From: Ophelia neglecta
Lineage: Eukaryota
DNA length: 64,000 nucleotides
Assembly (NCBI GenBank): GCA_965285935.1
Contig: OZ260662.1
Coordinates: forward strand, 79,050,001 to 79,114,000
Reading direction: 5' to 3'
Position numbers and translations under genes: made by a program. Below, piece by piece: positions 38,101 through 53,051 of the stretch (positions are counted from its first letter, which is position 1; every line of letters starts with the position of its first letter). The notes beneath the pieces were generated by a model. The model saw nothing but the letters and a program-made list of their open reading frames with translations. It did no database searches and had not been told where the DNA came from.

Positions 38101-41100
38101 ATGGGTGTAACGTTAGATAGAGTTATATCCCTCATATGTGTCTTCTAATTTGCATGACGTAATATCCTTGGCATGGCGCTTTTCAATTTTAGTTTGGGTT
38201 CAAAATTCCGTCTATCAACAAAAAACGTCTTATTTTCTTTCTTGGTTTTGCAGTGGTATGGTTTCCGAAATATTTTTTTGTTTATATATTGTCGATGTAT
38301 GATAAATGACGTGAGCCCAGGCGATGAACTCAGAGCGATGTTCAGGCTGTGAGGGCAGTGGTCCCTCCGAGCTTCTGAGGCAGGAAGTCGTTTGCTTTCC
38401 TCCGTTTGGCGGGAAGATTTGTGATCTTAAACATGAACCTTTGACCATTGCAGTAAACTTTGCACACGCATTTTGCGGGTAAACTGCAGGAAATGGGCGC
38501 ACAGTCGGCGTTTGTTTCCCTGTGAAAGCATCGACAAGTTCCGAATAGTCTTTTTAGCTGTAGAAGACGCCTTCCTGGGCCATGTGGTCTCGCATTGCGG
38601 CAATGTTTTGCGCGTACCCCACCTGTTGGCGAAAGCCGATACTATTTTCGTAGCTTGGCGCGCCCAGCTGTGAGGTGTTATGATTCCTCTTAAGATTCTC
38701 ACCCCCTCCGCATCCGACATTCGGGGCGTTGCGCGAATTCGGAGCACTGCCTGAAACATAACTTGTCAAAATATTGACAGAATCATTTTTGGGGTTGGCT
38801 GGTGTGTATGTACAAGTGGTGTCGGGGATATTTGAGCCGGTAGTTCTGCCGGCGACGGTGGGGGGTGCAGGGGGCTGGAGAAGGCCGCCAGGGCCAGGGA
38901 CAGGATCCCAGCAGGATGGGCCACTGCTAGCACCCCTCGCTATTTAGCGAATATGATTTCAATTTGGTCTGCCAGGCCTCCGCTGCTTTCAAAGCGGTAT
39001 GCGGACGAGAGGCGGACAGGCCCCTTTCTCCCCGCCGAGATAGGCGCTCCAAACCTCCCCGGCTCGTGGGAGAATGTCAGACACTACTAGGATTTCCCCA
39101 TACATGCAAACCAATCTAACGGCACATTTGCCAAGACTGCCGATACACGATTTTCAGTCATCTGAGCATGCCAGTTAAAATACATGATAAACGAGTCGTT
39201 GTTTTGCTGCAAATCATGAACGTAGCGCATGGAAGACAAGCCTAGGTATAAAATAAAATATGGTCTGAGTTAGATAGTCAACCCACCACGAGCTGCACAC
39301 CATAGTGGATCACGAAAGAAGTAACTTTAGACAGCTTATAATCGCAGGCAAATGTCCCCCGCTTTTTTCCCCCGATTTTAAGTTGAAATTAGTGCTGTTG
39401 GATCGAAGGCAGTATATATAGTGCATGGTAAGGTCTCGTACAACAGTTTGTACTATCCAGTAGACCTAGGTTTATTGATAATTGTATCTCGGTTGCCTTT
39501 AAGCTGCTATTGCATTTATACAAAGTGTGTGCCAGTGTAAAAGGGTAATTGTGATATAGGCCTAACTACGCACCAATTATTATGAACCGTGTTTTAGGTC
39601 ATATGTCACATACATTGGGAATGGGATAATATAAATAAAAAGTTTGCGCTACAGAATATAGGTGCATTTGACCTTGCTGTAAATACAGAAGTCGACAAGG
39701 CTAACCATGATAAGGCTTACCAGCAATAGTCCTAACACCGCCGCTATGGCAGGGTGATGCTTGCCCTGGTCAGCTGATGACTTTCCAGCAGACAATACGA
39801 TATCGGGAACAAAGCAGACGGCCTTGCCGTCGTGGGGGCTAGACTCTAGTTCTGACACATCATGATACACCGGCCTACAGGAAAAAGTCGGTGAATCATG
39901 CTAACTTGCATGACTCTTTGAGTTGGTAATAGGCCGATAAATCGCTCTTTTCTACTGAAAAATCCAGACTCTCCGAACTGTATATATGAAATACATCCGT
40001 TGACTCATATAATTTTATTAGCAGTACGCTGCCTTAGAATCAATGATGTTCTACTAAGCATAGAGATAGTAACATTCTTTTGGCCACCAGAAGTTGTATA
40101 TTCATATAGTTAGGCCTAATAGTGGTACGTGTACATGTAAGCATTTGACGAGGTGCTCATTCACTTTCCGCAGGACTCACGCAGTGACCTTCGTCATGAG
40201 ATATTGTTGGCGCAGACGATTACTTTCTGGTCCTTCTTCGCCTTGTTACAAATGAGAAAACGACTGATATATAGTTGATTATTTGTACATAGAAAAACAG
40301 ATTAATAACGTAAGGCCATGCATGTCTATTGGCCGGCTCCATGATTCAAATTAATCCCTATATAGCCTATAGCCCTAATAAAATTGCTTTCCCGAAACTC
40401 TGTTTTTTAAACAATTTTGCCCGAGTACCACGTATTTGTGGCGTGTTTTAATAAGCAGTCCTTCTTCATTCTCTCATTCAAGGCGGAAAACCTGCCAAAG
40501 CGGGATGTAATTTAAGACCAGTCCATGTTTCGTGGAATTGAGGAAGCATCCAGCCACAATATGGTAGAGACAATGCGTCTGTCACGTTTGGACTGACAAC
40601 CAATCGTGCCCAATCGGCTGAAAATTAATAATCCCAGTAAGTTGTAATTATAGACTGGTTCTCACGTCTAATTGTTCCTGTTTCGTGCCTGGCCATGGCC
40701 GAGGAAGGGCGGCCCGCTGCGAAGCTAACCTGGCACGTGGATGGCAATTCAATGTATTTCATGCTTCATCAGCGATTGGTGCACAGCCAAGGGCTGCAGC
40801 AATCTTCAGAAGGAGAATTATTAGGTTGCACTCAATATAACTAGTGCTTGAAACGGCCAAACAACGAAGTGCGATTGATTGCCAGAATTGGGTGTTATTC
40901 TTGGAAATTGATATTGAAATAGCTAAGTTGGAACTGAGGTCAGCATGTCACGGAAAACTCGAGACCAAAGACATGGTAACCTTTAGTTTGTGGCCAATAG
41001 TCTTGACCGATCTGCACCCGATCCGCTACAAATAAGTTTCGTTTCCTCCCTTAGTTATAGCTGAACAAGCTGCTTAAGTACTTTTTGAACACAGTTTCTT

Positions 41101-42443
41101 CTAAAATCTTGGTTCTTTATATCCTTATTTGACTTCTTGTTCTCTTTTCTTCCTTTCTCACTGTTTGAACAGAGTTGAGTAGATGTACAAATCTCGGCGA
41201 GGCCATCCGATTATCACCGGATTAGTTGGATGATCTTATAAAATATGTATTACCAACCGAGATAATATTTTTATATCATCAACGCGAAGTACAAAGGCGC
41301 CGACGTCAGAGAAGACAAACTACGCAACTGATGTGAAAGGAAAAAGATAGATTTGGGCTTAGAAAAGGGAGCCGATCCATAAACATCCAGGTCGAATGTT
41401 ACTATGGTAACCGACAAGGCAGACGAGATGCTCAGCTGATTAATTATTCTGTAATATCTGCCGAGAAGTGAATGCGACGCCGCCTGACAGCGTCCATCCA
41501 TCACTTTGCCCCTTCGGAAGTGGAGAGTTCCACAGATGGTTTCCGGGCTTAAGCATTCTGGGACATCTAGGAACAGGGTCGGCTGGGACTCGGAAAGACA
41601 GGGCCGTCGAATGACCCTCTGTCTACTGTCTCCTAGCTATTCATATTTCTTTGCCATCGTGGAAAGACACTTTGAGATTGAGTTTCCTGAAGGAATTGGG
41701 GTTCGCCTCACAATCTCCACTCAAAAACTATCATCCCAGCGCCAGTGGTTTGGATCCGTTTGGATCCGATATTATATTAATAGTTTGGCACAGAATAACC
41801 CTCCATTGAAGTTGATCATCACTGCCCGCTAGCATTGATAGGTTTATACGTAAAACTTTGGGTTTCATCTTATCTATATTTGGGGCCGTTATGGGCGCCA
41901 TTCGAAGGTGAAGATGCTTAATGCATGTCCGAAGGAAACTAACAAATTGAAAACTTGTATGATTTTGCTAATTCAACATCAAATAATATGAAATGTAGGC
42001 CTCAAAGGACTATGAATGGATGATACCGACCAGGATTTATTTCTTTGCCCTTGTTCATGAGCCAAAAATGGCTCCCTTGCCACTCTTACCCCGCCTCTGC
42101 CCTCCAGCCGCAAAAGTGGGGTATTCCCACAAGAGGCATCCCCCCAGGAACCGCGTTCCCAAGGAAACTCGTTTTCAGGCATCACTTATTGCGGCTAGCA
42201 TCATTTCTAAAAAGAAGCATGTCCCAAAGGAAGTGGGTCATATGAAGGGAGAAAACTACCCTAACATAATCAATTACGGAAGTTCATTGCGAGTGATGGG
42301 TTTTGAAATCAGCGTATTCCGCAGTACATATACTGTATATATATATATTATATATACTCGGAAGGAAGCGCGGTCTAACGTACAAGACAAAAGGCATGTT
42401 CCAATGAACCTCGCTTCGCGCAATCCACATGCTATTGCTGGTA

Positions 42444-42620
42444 CAGTGAAACCTGACAATTAGGGACAACCAAGGGACTGGGAAATCTGTCCTCTTTTCC
42501 TAGTTGTCCTTATTTCACAGGTTACTTTACATGTAAAGTATTACAACTGTACTAAAAGCAATGTCCTTAATAGTCAGTGTGTCCCTAATTGTCAGGTGTC
42601 CTTTAGGCCAGGTTTTACTG
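42444..42620. mobile_element. MITE copy 2 (177 bp), same family as 33975-34153
   Basis: Same TIRs, TA flanks and internal sequence, with only a handful of substitutions and a 2-nt indel versus copy 1. Confidence 0.9.
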
Positions 42621-45600
42621 TACATGCACTCTCCAATGACAGAAGCACCATCCGTGGAGGAAGCTTCCTCTGAAGGTATATAGCTGAGGTATTAAGGGGG
42701 CATCTTGTAGACAAATGTAGTGTTTGGCCTATACGAAATTTAAGACCCCCCCCCCCCCCTGCTCTCAAACCTCAAAATTTATACAAAAATGGGTAACAAA
42801 CTTCTCCCTTTAACGAGTTGAGCACGTATTACAGGCAAACCTTTTGCGTTTGGGTACTCAATACTAGCTAGATAATTGTACGCATGCGCCAAATGAAAAG
42901 GACTTTAGGATTTGTTTTGGTAAACAAACGAGATCCGTTAGGGTCCTCGGACTAAAAATATGGCCTTGACCTGTTTGCTTAAAAATCTATATTTAGGCTT
43001 AATTTTCACGGTAACCTTGAGCTTGAAAAATTATCACTTAAATGCGTATTGTGCCTACTATTGGCCAATAATGACTAATTAGTAATATGGTATGCATATG
43101 TTAGGCCTAATAAGAACCATCAGTGCGAAGAACGCATGCTCGCGGGGTAAAATGAATTGATTCATTTTCACTCGAGAATTATTATAAGTAATTGGGCGTA
43201 GTAAATCACGGGCCGTGTAACGCTGAAAAATTGATTGATCCTCCGTGAAGAAAAAGCCAAGCTCCATTCAACAGCAAAATAGCAAAAGTTAGAAAAGGTA
43301 AAATAGTGCAGCCTGTGTGTCTTCAGTTGCTATCACTCCTTTTATTCTCATTCCAGAAATGAAACACTTGTTTTCAGCCAGATCGCCATCCTCCAACCCC
43401 GAGAGTCGTTCAGTTCCAGACGATAAAACATTTAAGGAACACAAAATAATTTCCTCGCTATTTACCTCAATGAGACTGTCTAATCGGGTGAGATAATTAC
43501 AATTATGAAAGCCTATACTGGTTCAGGAGCGGTTTGATTTGGGCTTGTAAGCGTAACTGGGAATTACTACAATATTAAAGCTTTACTTTGTCGCCTACCG
43601 ATAGTTCAACCTTCTTCCCGTAAACGTCAAATTAACTCGTAAAAATAAAAATGAAAGCACGACCTTCATCTAGAGATAAGCCACTTTTCAACTCAATATT
43701 CGTAAATGATTTCAAAAAGTTTGTGAGGTAATTGTGAATATGTCCAATGTCGACAAAGTTCTTTTTTTTTATATTCAATCCAAACATAATACTATGATTA
43801 AATGAGTAATCTATATTTCGCATGCGAAAATGACAATCACGGGATTTCAGCTGCCACATACAGGCCCAATAATACACAACTGTTAAAGCATAAAATGAAC
43901 CCGCCTTTAGAGACTAAGCAAACAGGTTTATTTTCACATCGTTTTTGTTTGTTCTTACTTTATCCAAAACATCTTTCAAAAAAATCATATTTCTCTCGGG
44001 GTTGGCTCTGATGCATTGAGGTGAACCCGTGTGGTTGAGGAGGACCGTAGCTCGCAGCAGTGGCGGGAATCTGTCGTGGGTTGACGGAATAATATACAAT
44101 ATCACGGCAGGGGGCAGACTGGCGGATACTGGAGATGTTTTGTCAGCTTGTGTGCCACCGGCCTTGGCCGTACTTTGTTTGCTTATCGAAGGAGTCTGAT
44201 AAGATCTTCTGCCCGTCGTGTCGTGGTAGAACTCTCGCCACCGGGCGACCGAGTCCTCCAGGGACGGGCTCCCGGGTGAGGGGGGAGCTGGTGAGGAGGC
44301 TGTTAAGCTTAAACCCCTAGGCCTTTGAACAACGAATTTTGTCGCCAACAGATTAATGCTAGTAGTGCTCACGGTTTCGTTATTGATAACACTTTTAGAA
44401 AAAATCGTCTTTTTAAATTTATAGAAGCTACTCGACTCTGAAAAAATATCGTTAAATGCTCAAGCACCTAATTCTGCAGTCTAGATTGCAGTGTCTCGAA
44501 ACCTCTGAATCTTTGCACCCATCCCTATCCCACCATGTCACTTGTTTGCACAGCCTCCAAGCCACTCCAACCTAGCCCCCTAAAATTAATATCCCGAGTA
44601 GTATACAGACAGTCTCTGTCCGCATATACCCCCTGACACCCAATACAATATTATAGACCTCCCCGTCGACGTTCTTCAATGGTCATAGCCATTCCGCCTG
44701 GTCCCCTCGCAGCCCCAAGTCGACAGGGCCCCTCGACCAGGCACGGGCCCCGGGGTCAAGAGCACAGTTCTCGGGGCAAAGCTCCCCGCCGAGAACCGTT
44801 TATTTTCCCATGCGAAGATGGAATTTTGCCCCATAGCGCTGCGCCTGAAGATTGTTTTCTTTCGGCCGCCCCACGGATGAATGTATTTATCGTCGCATTT
44901 TAAACTGTTTTCATTCAGAGCACTTGTCAATGATTTTCCTCAATAGTAGCTTTATCGTCGATGCTTAAGATCGTCTCCCGCCAACTTCTTTTGTTTGGAA
45001 TCGTTGTCAGTCGGCGCTGTCACTAGTACACGTTTCGTCGGCGCTTGAACGTGTTGTGGCTAGTTCGCCCAAGAAAAAATGCACCAGGCAAGGTTAGATG
45101 AGTATCTTACAGTGTCGACAACATCTTTATAGATAAAGAAAACCTAGTTATCTATAGTCTGAAAGCCTACACTTAAGTTGTTACACATAAGTTTTTAAAG
45201 AGACCTCAAGACCTTTCTAGTTTTTAATTTTCTTTGCCAAGTACCGATCTGTCTGTGAGGTAGACTTTTTGCATGACCAAAATTCATGTTTCACATAAAT
45301 TACACCTCGTGAATCATCTTCGCCAGACAGTCGTGTTAGCGTAAAAGTATGATAACAACAATAGAATACAACATAACATTAATTATTTGATCAGTAATTA
45401 ATTTAATGCGAGTCCGAGTGAATGATTAATGTTAGTAGCAGTCATTGATGTCCTAGTAATAATCAGCTGCCTATCAGCCAATACACATACACAGATCTAT
45501 AGCGCCTCTTCTTCTCTGCACCTGTCGCATTGATATCACCAAGATCCATTTTAATTGTAATAAAGGAAAGGAGATCATAGGACATATATAAATGTCATCT

Positions 45601-48600
45601 AAAAAGGCATTTTAATAAGGAGCATGGAACAACATCCTTATTTTACCCTAAATGCAACATGAGTGTTATTGTTCCGGCCAGGAAACGTAACTCTACCCCC
45701 TTAAATTAGGATGTCACAATAATTGAATTAGATATATTCAGTTTTATATTGCGATCGAGCAGCAAAAGCCGTGAGAGTTAATGAGAAAAACGCGCCAATG
45801 ACAAAATATTGGCAGGAAAATAACTTTAGTTATTAATTAGTGCAGTCATACGAAACTCCACAAATCTATATATGAAATTCAAACTTTCCATAATTATCGC
45901 ATACCTTTACAACTTAATTCGGGTTCAGAGTTAGACTTTCCGTCAGGGAGAGAACCGGGAGTCTAGCCCAAGCTGGTAATAAAAATCTGTCTAGCGATTT
46001 CGATATTCCTAAAATTATATCATCTATAAGGATAATTATTGACCAAAATATTTAAAAAAAACTTCTTTAATATTACACTTGAACCTGTAGCAGGCAATGG
46101 CAAAAGTAATTGTCTTAAAGAATAAAAGTAAACTATAAAATAATGCATTTTGTCACTGGCTGGATGTCACGGAAAGAAATGTGACATTTAGCTGAAATGC
46201 AAGTTGACCAAACCATCAATCAATCCACATTAATCTGATTATTTCAAGCTTAAATAGTGATGGTTTGTTTTTGTAATAAGCCGGCATTAAGAAAATCGCC
46301 TGGGTCAATGATTCTAGACCAATCAATCACGCTTCAAGCATTCGTCCGTATCGCTCTTTCTGAGAGTAAGAAATAAATTATAGCATAGATCTATAAACAT
46401 ATAGGGATGTATCTGTTATAAATACTTACCTTGTGTAAATCACTCCCAAATATCTTTTAGCCACCCTTTGCATCAGAAAAATATGAAATTTTAACAGATA
46501 TAGGAACTAACGTGACACCGTCCTGCGTCACTTTTCACCTCTCGCCTGACCCCCCGAAGCCTTCGGATTGGCTCTAGCTAGCTATCTCGAAAATGCATTC
46601 TCGGACCAAAAATAAAACTAGACTTACGTTAATCGTTTATGGTGGTTTCAGATCTAGTTGTTGGGATGTATGATTATATTAGTCTGTCGTCCCCGCTCTT
46701 GATTGTTTTAATCTTCGATCCTGCCGCTTTTGATGGAAATCATCGTTCGAGGCACGTGCATCCCCAAGTTCCCGCCAAAATATTGCTGTTGGGCGAACTC
46801 TCTTCTGCCTTGTTTGTCCGAGAGGCACGTGCGCAGCCTGTATGTTTACAGTCGACGGAGCCCTGGGGCCGAACTATTTGTACTTCTCCGTGTATACAAT
46901 TGAAGAAAGATCCACTCATTAGCCGAATCAACTGTTGCCGGGGGTAAATTGTGAGAATATCAAAGCCGCATTAAGCGCTTCCTGTCTGGTCTGTACAGTG
47001 TCACATCCACATCTTGCCCGGAGATCGCGGAGTGCCAGGAAGATGCCGCTCTGTCAAACCGAGGGTAGGCGGTGGGCTGTCGAATAGCACTTCAGCAGTC
47101 AACTCAACCACATTATGCAGGCCAAACCATCGCATTAATATTATATCACTAGTGCCGGCACAATGTGATTGGAGATGGAAGTCTTGTTATTTGGAACCAG
47201 AGAGATAATCTGAGAACGGCACTGCGAATAATATATACATTGCATGTATATATATAGAAAGTTGAAGCATGAAAGCGTAAACAAACAAGGCAATTAGGGT
47301 TATTCACATATATATTAAACTACATCCATGCATGAATTGATATTCAACGTGGATTAGAACAACTGAACTTCGTCGTCTGTATCAATATAGGCCTATATGC
47401 CCTGTAGCATTTTCAGAATTATTCTACGTATGAAGATTTGGATTGTAAGACAACAGTTCTATCTACTGTGTCAAAGCTGACAAGCAGTAGCTTCTAGGCC
47501 TGTTGAAAGTGCTGGAATACGACCAAAATCTGGTAAAATGTCACTGAAACGGCTCAATATTAGGGACACGTATTGTCATATAATTGAACAGTGTCGCTTA
47601 ACCGCACAATAGTCCTATGGGGGTTTGATTTAACTATTGCAAATACAGGCAGGCTTCAGCGAAATTGGTACATTAGCCTTAGAACGTTTTCAAAGTATCG
47701 TTTTAATCATTACTATTATATATAATGATACTAAATGATCGTATTTTCAACTTCCAATGTACATTTTGCAGGCGGAATGTTTTATTATTTGCAAACTGAT
47801 GGTAGCTTCAACAGAGCATATTAGGCCTATAATTGAATCTCAAATAACTGGATGTTAAGAGTGCTGTTATTCTAAACCAATTTCCGTGCTCTAGCACAAT
47901 GTTTACCTATTGTCTATGCCTGTTATGATCTTATTTGCTACTTTAGATGAGATCTAGAACTGGAATACTCGGATGTGTGGCTTATTACACGAATCTCAAT
48001 AATACAGATGCCTGCAATTAAGTATTTGGTCTGAGCATTGAAGAATTACTTCAATCAGAAATGTCCAAGCTCATGGTGGACACGTTTCACATTGTTACCG
48101 GGCACGAATATAGTCGTCGGGACAGGGTACCAACGTGTGATGCCACGCCGACCTGCCCACTTGCCCCCCACCCCCACCCCCTCTTCAGAGGTGATTTCAC
48201 GCGCCATTGACGTCGGCGCAGGTGAAGTCAGACTTGCGCAAGGTGTCGTAGGCATGGTTTGGTGAATGTCGTCTGTTAGTTCCGTTGAAGTTCCAGCAGG
48301 TGCTAGGGCAAGCCGACTGGGGGACACGCGACCCTGCCGAACCCGTCGCCGCCGTCCCTTGACCCTCCGTGACCTTCATTTGATAGGAAGGACGCCATTA
48401 TCCCCACAGACAACATTTATCTTGTCTTGTCGATTGTCTCGCATTGGCGAGATGTACGCACACTTTTGTTTTTCCTACCCTACTGTCACAACCAACGCAT
48501 TCTTTGTCTCTTCTTCTTTTTGTTTTCCTTTTTTTGCGTGTGACACTCACTGGACCCTGGCACTCATATTATCGCCCATTGTTTTGCCAAACAATTAGCA

Positions 48601-51600
48601 AGGTCGGAGGCCCAGTCACCAGTCAACTGCCAGTAGCCGGTCATTTCTCTTCGCCATTTTGGCATGTTTTCATATGATAAAGCTCGCTTTTTTTGTAATA
48701 AGGGTTGCCAGTTTATGACCATAAGGTTACATTCAGAACAAAATAAAACTAAATACCCAAACCATCTGCCTAAATGTGCATGCATGCATTAGTAATCTTC
48801 GTGGGGCTATTACTGGCCCTTCAATCAATTATTTTTGCCCACCACATCGTCTGCGTTTTGTAGCATTGCAGCAGACTCCGGAGATTTGACCGTCACTAGC
48901 ATTATTCCCAAGCTGAGTTGTAATAACTAGACATTTACAGAAACTTGATACTGACATGCGACAGAGCACGTTTTGTCTCACGGCATTTGCAATTGGCTCT
49001 GTTTTGATTGTAGTCTCATACAAAAGTTGCAATAATCTGGCTGACTTGACTTGGCTTTGGCACTCAAGAACGCCCAGGTCAGATTTGTTAAACCTGAAAA
49101 TAATGAGCATCGGTCCCTCCCCCGGGCGCCAAGTATCAGGGAGTGTTCTCATGGGGCACAATTATACGATTCTATAACATCGCAGGAGATTTGATTAGGA
49201 CTTATCCAAGCCCTGTGAAGGGACAAGCACCGTGTGTGGAGGGTTCGCAGACCTGGGCTTCAAGGCTGACAGCAATGGCTGGTAATTTCCGTCATCAGAC
49301 ACGTGACTGACATTCGCCAAACCGACTTCCCGTGACAGTCATGCACCCTCTAGAATACGACACACACTTTTTATGCGACTCACCGTAAATTATTAGCCTA
49401 GCTAAAGGAGATAATTCGATATAAATCGTCAGTCTAAAGACGAGCATCAGTTTGACACGGGTTGAGATACCAGTTCAACAGTAATGGCATTCCGTAAAAC
49501 ATATTAAGTCTGGTTGCAGAATGGCAATGATAGACTTCCTCTTTATACACAGAATTGGCACAAGTTTTAAAGAGAAACATTTTCTGATATCACTGGTTTC
49601 GCTCGTGAAGAGGTTCATGTATATTTTACTGTACAAAGTTTCTACCTGCTTATAAGCGTCCCGATCATAGGACTTCCATGCATGGCATCTATGTACCAAT
49701 TCAAAATGCCCATTTATTTAATGTTATTTGATATAGCTTCTTGTATACCAAATAAAGATGTCCATCAATGTCGAATTAAGCACAGGCATATACGTGTTAT
49801 AGTCCTACATCTTCCGCCCGTCCTGGTATTATATTAGCGTAAACTGTGCTGTCAAGATGATACACTGACATAGAGTCTTATTAAATAAACATTAAATATT
49901 CTGGCTAGGCAAATGTATGTTTCAAATAGTCTGTGATGAAATTTGTGGATATGCCTTGAAGTGATTAAAATAATAAAATAGGGCAATTATACAATTTTCT
50001 CTGGGTGCAAAGGCTCTTAACGGAGCCATTGCTGCGCTACGTTCTCTGGGTACGTGCATCGGCCCTAGGCAAAGAGCCGAATTGTATTGTTTACAAATGA
50101 ATATTATACCTATACAAGGATGAGATGTTTGAGGATTAACAACACATAAGCACGATGTGGGCAATTTTTTTTTAGTGCCTTTTATACCTATACAAGCGGC
50201 CATTAAAGAAATATTGAGTTTTGTAGATCGCCTGTATGAAAATATAGATCTACAGGCCTATAGGGTAACATGTAGAGCATATATGTTTGTTTTGCAACAA
50301 CAGCGATTAATCTTTATAACCGCAGATTATTCTGGACGTAAAACTTCTGTACCTATGACAACGGTTCTCTCACAAAGTCGTTGTCCGTGCTTCTTTCTAT
50401 TTTCGTATATTTTGTATAAGCCTAACAATTTGATATCAAACCGGGGTTAGATGGTTCAGGGTGCTGTTTGTTTATTGCGTCTTGTGTGATAGGCTGTATA
50501 GTGGATGAAGTCACCTGTTCTTACAAGCTGATCACATGGCAGAGAGAATGGGCTGTGTGGGTTGGGTCCAGGCCGGCCAAAGAACGGCGATCTCTGCCAA
50601 CAAGTTTCAATCAATGAATGTATTCATCTGTTCTTCTCTTGAATCAAGAAGCTGCATATCGTATCAAGTTAATGTAGCATCTATGTGGCCTATGACAGGA
50701 AAGAAACAAAGCTTTACCGCGACACAAAACCTAGACTCCGGAATCTCCGCTGGAGATATCAATCTACAGATTGGAACGGCGCATGCGCGCGGACACTGTC
50801 TCAGCATGTTAGCAGCCAGCCACGGAAACACTCGAAGCAGTGCCCATTACCGAGGTCAGGTAAAAACAATCGAACGCTACTCTCATCCATTACCAAAAGG
50901 ATCTCATTGAGAAACTTTGTAGGTTGTCAAGACGATGTTCGCAATTCTTGAAAAACTAACCATGACCAAACAATGAATTCTTTTAAATTGCCCGGCAGAC
51001 GGCGCGTGACACAAAACGCTTTCATTTTATCGCCCATTTAGCGTTGTGTCAGCCATTGTTTTCCACCCATTTTCCCGCAGAAGGAAAAACTAAATATGTC
51101 TTAATTGTGTGCCTGCTGTGCGAGATAATATCGTGCGCTCCCTCCTGCCGAATGTGCCATATGATCGTTGTGTTTTAATGTTAGCTAAATATGCGTGATT
51201 GACAAAAGCAGCACTCCAAAGAGGCTTGTTGAGTAAAGTCCCGGACAGGCTCTCAGCAGTAACAACGCGTCGATCATCGGCCAACATATGTCGTCTAATC
51301 AGAATAATTATAATTTGCCCATCTTTCTGAATGGCCAGTGATCGGATGTCGGGTCAATTCCCCGGGTAACCGGACACCCAGGGTTGGCGAGGGAGGCATG
51401 GGACGAACCTCCCCTTCGTCCACGGGGCCTCTTATTACCACTGGAGAGCCGGGTATCACATTCTCCCCGTCCAGCCACAATGACCGATTAAGCGTAAAAA
51501 GATCCTATGGTCACAGACGATAATGAATGGCCCACATTGAAAGAATGGTAGAAAAGCTAAAGCCATGATTCATCTAATTGAACAATGTCAAAACTTGCCT

Positions 51601-53017
51601 CATATTATAGAACTTTGTCCCTAACTACAAAGCTGGAGTTGATCTTATGGTCGTGCTTCCCATCATTCATGTCATCTGGCGTGTGACGATGGTTATTTTG
51701 TTGTTGTGTAATCTATATTCATTCGATCCACAAAGGGATATATACAATTAAGACACCCAGCATCGCTCGGCCTACCTACAATGGCTTACTAATTGACTGG
51801 AAAGACTTGTGTCTTTTCAAAATATATTCTACTGGAGCAGCAAGCAACTTCTTCTGCTCTGTAAATAGAAATGCTATAGTTACTCTGAAATATTGGCCGC
51901 ACTCTGTGTGGATTTTTTTAAACTGCTGTTTCCCCGACACAATCTTTCGCAAGCCGACACTTTTTTGTTTTTATGTAGGTGCATGGAAGACGATTTCAAC
52001 TGGACGACTTAGTGCAGGTTTCTCATTCTGAGTATTATTTTAAGATGCCTGTTTTCCACCATCTACCACTTCATGCAAGCGGCTCTGCCTCCCGTTCAAA
52101 GCCCGATTTGTCCTGTAAGGTCTATATGTCGTAGTCTGCCGAGGGCTTTGATGCGACCCAAAGTGTGTAATTAGTGCCTAATGATGCTAGTTTGGTGACG
52201 TGAGACGAGAGGTGGCGAGATTTCAAAGACGCAGAGGCTTCAGGAACTGTGGCCATATATATGGGTAAGCACGAGACTCGCCGATAACTAGATTCGTGAT
52301 CGATAAGACCAGCCCCTATTTTGGATATAGACACAGACTTTTCCGCATATTGCTCTGGTTTTCTGCTTCACTGTAAAGGAAAAAGAAATGGAACTGCGAG
52401 CCAAGGGTGTTTCTCCTCCATCACATATCTATATACATGGCTGGTGGCTCATCAGTACGAGAGTCGGCATATTCTGCCATATTTGGTTCGATACAGTAAA
52501 TCAATACTATTAGAACATGCATGTAGGCCTTACTTAATACTCCAATATTCACCCGTTGCAGATAAATATGTATATCATGGTTATTTACCATAATATAGGC
52601 TATAGGCCTATAATAGGCCTATGTAGAATTATGTGATTCAGGATCTTTTGTTATGACGAGCTCACAAAAATGAGCTGTGATTAGGCTATATAAGAGTGTT
52701 AATTATATTTTATATTATCAGGTTTACATAAAATTAAACAAAAATATGTCATGAAAAATTTAGTAGAATATCCATTTCAAGACCACAAGTTTAATGCAGT
52801 AGCCCCGCTCAATTGTTCCAGTTCCAAAAGCAATCCTTTCAGGGAACACATTATTAACGTTACTAAGACTAACATAAATGCCTATACTAAAAACAGTGAT
52901 TAGGTGATACCAAAAGTTTATAATATTCCTATGATAAGCTTTTTGTAATACCTATCCCGTTCGCTCCTTTCGTTCTTGGCATCGTACTGAAGCTCACACT
53001 AACAAAATTAATATCCT

Positions 53018-53044
<27 letters not shown>
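53018..53044. repeat. (TA)n microsatellite
   Basis: Direct inspection. Confidence 0.92.

Positions 53045-53051
<7 letters not shown>

Noticed and set aside
46422-46431. U1 snRNA-like 5' end ATACTTACCT (similar ATACTTACC at ~61048)
   Set aside because: No similarity to U1 beyond the first 9-10 nt; it is simply the reverse complement of a consensus splice donor.
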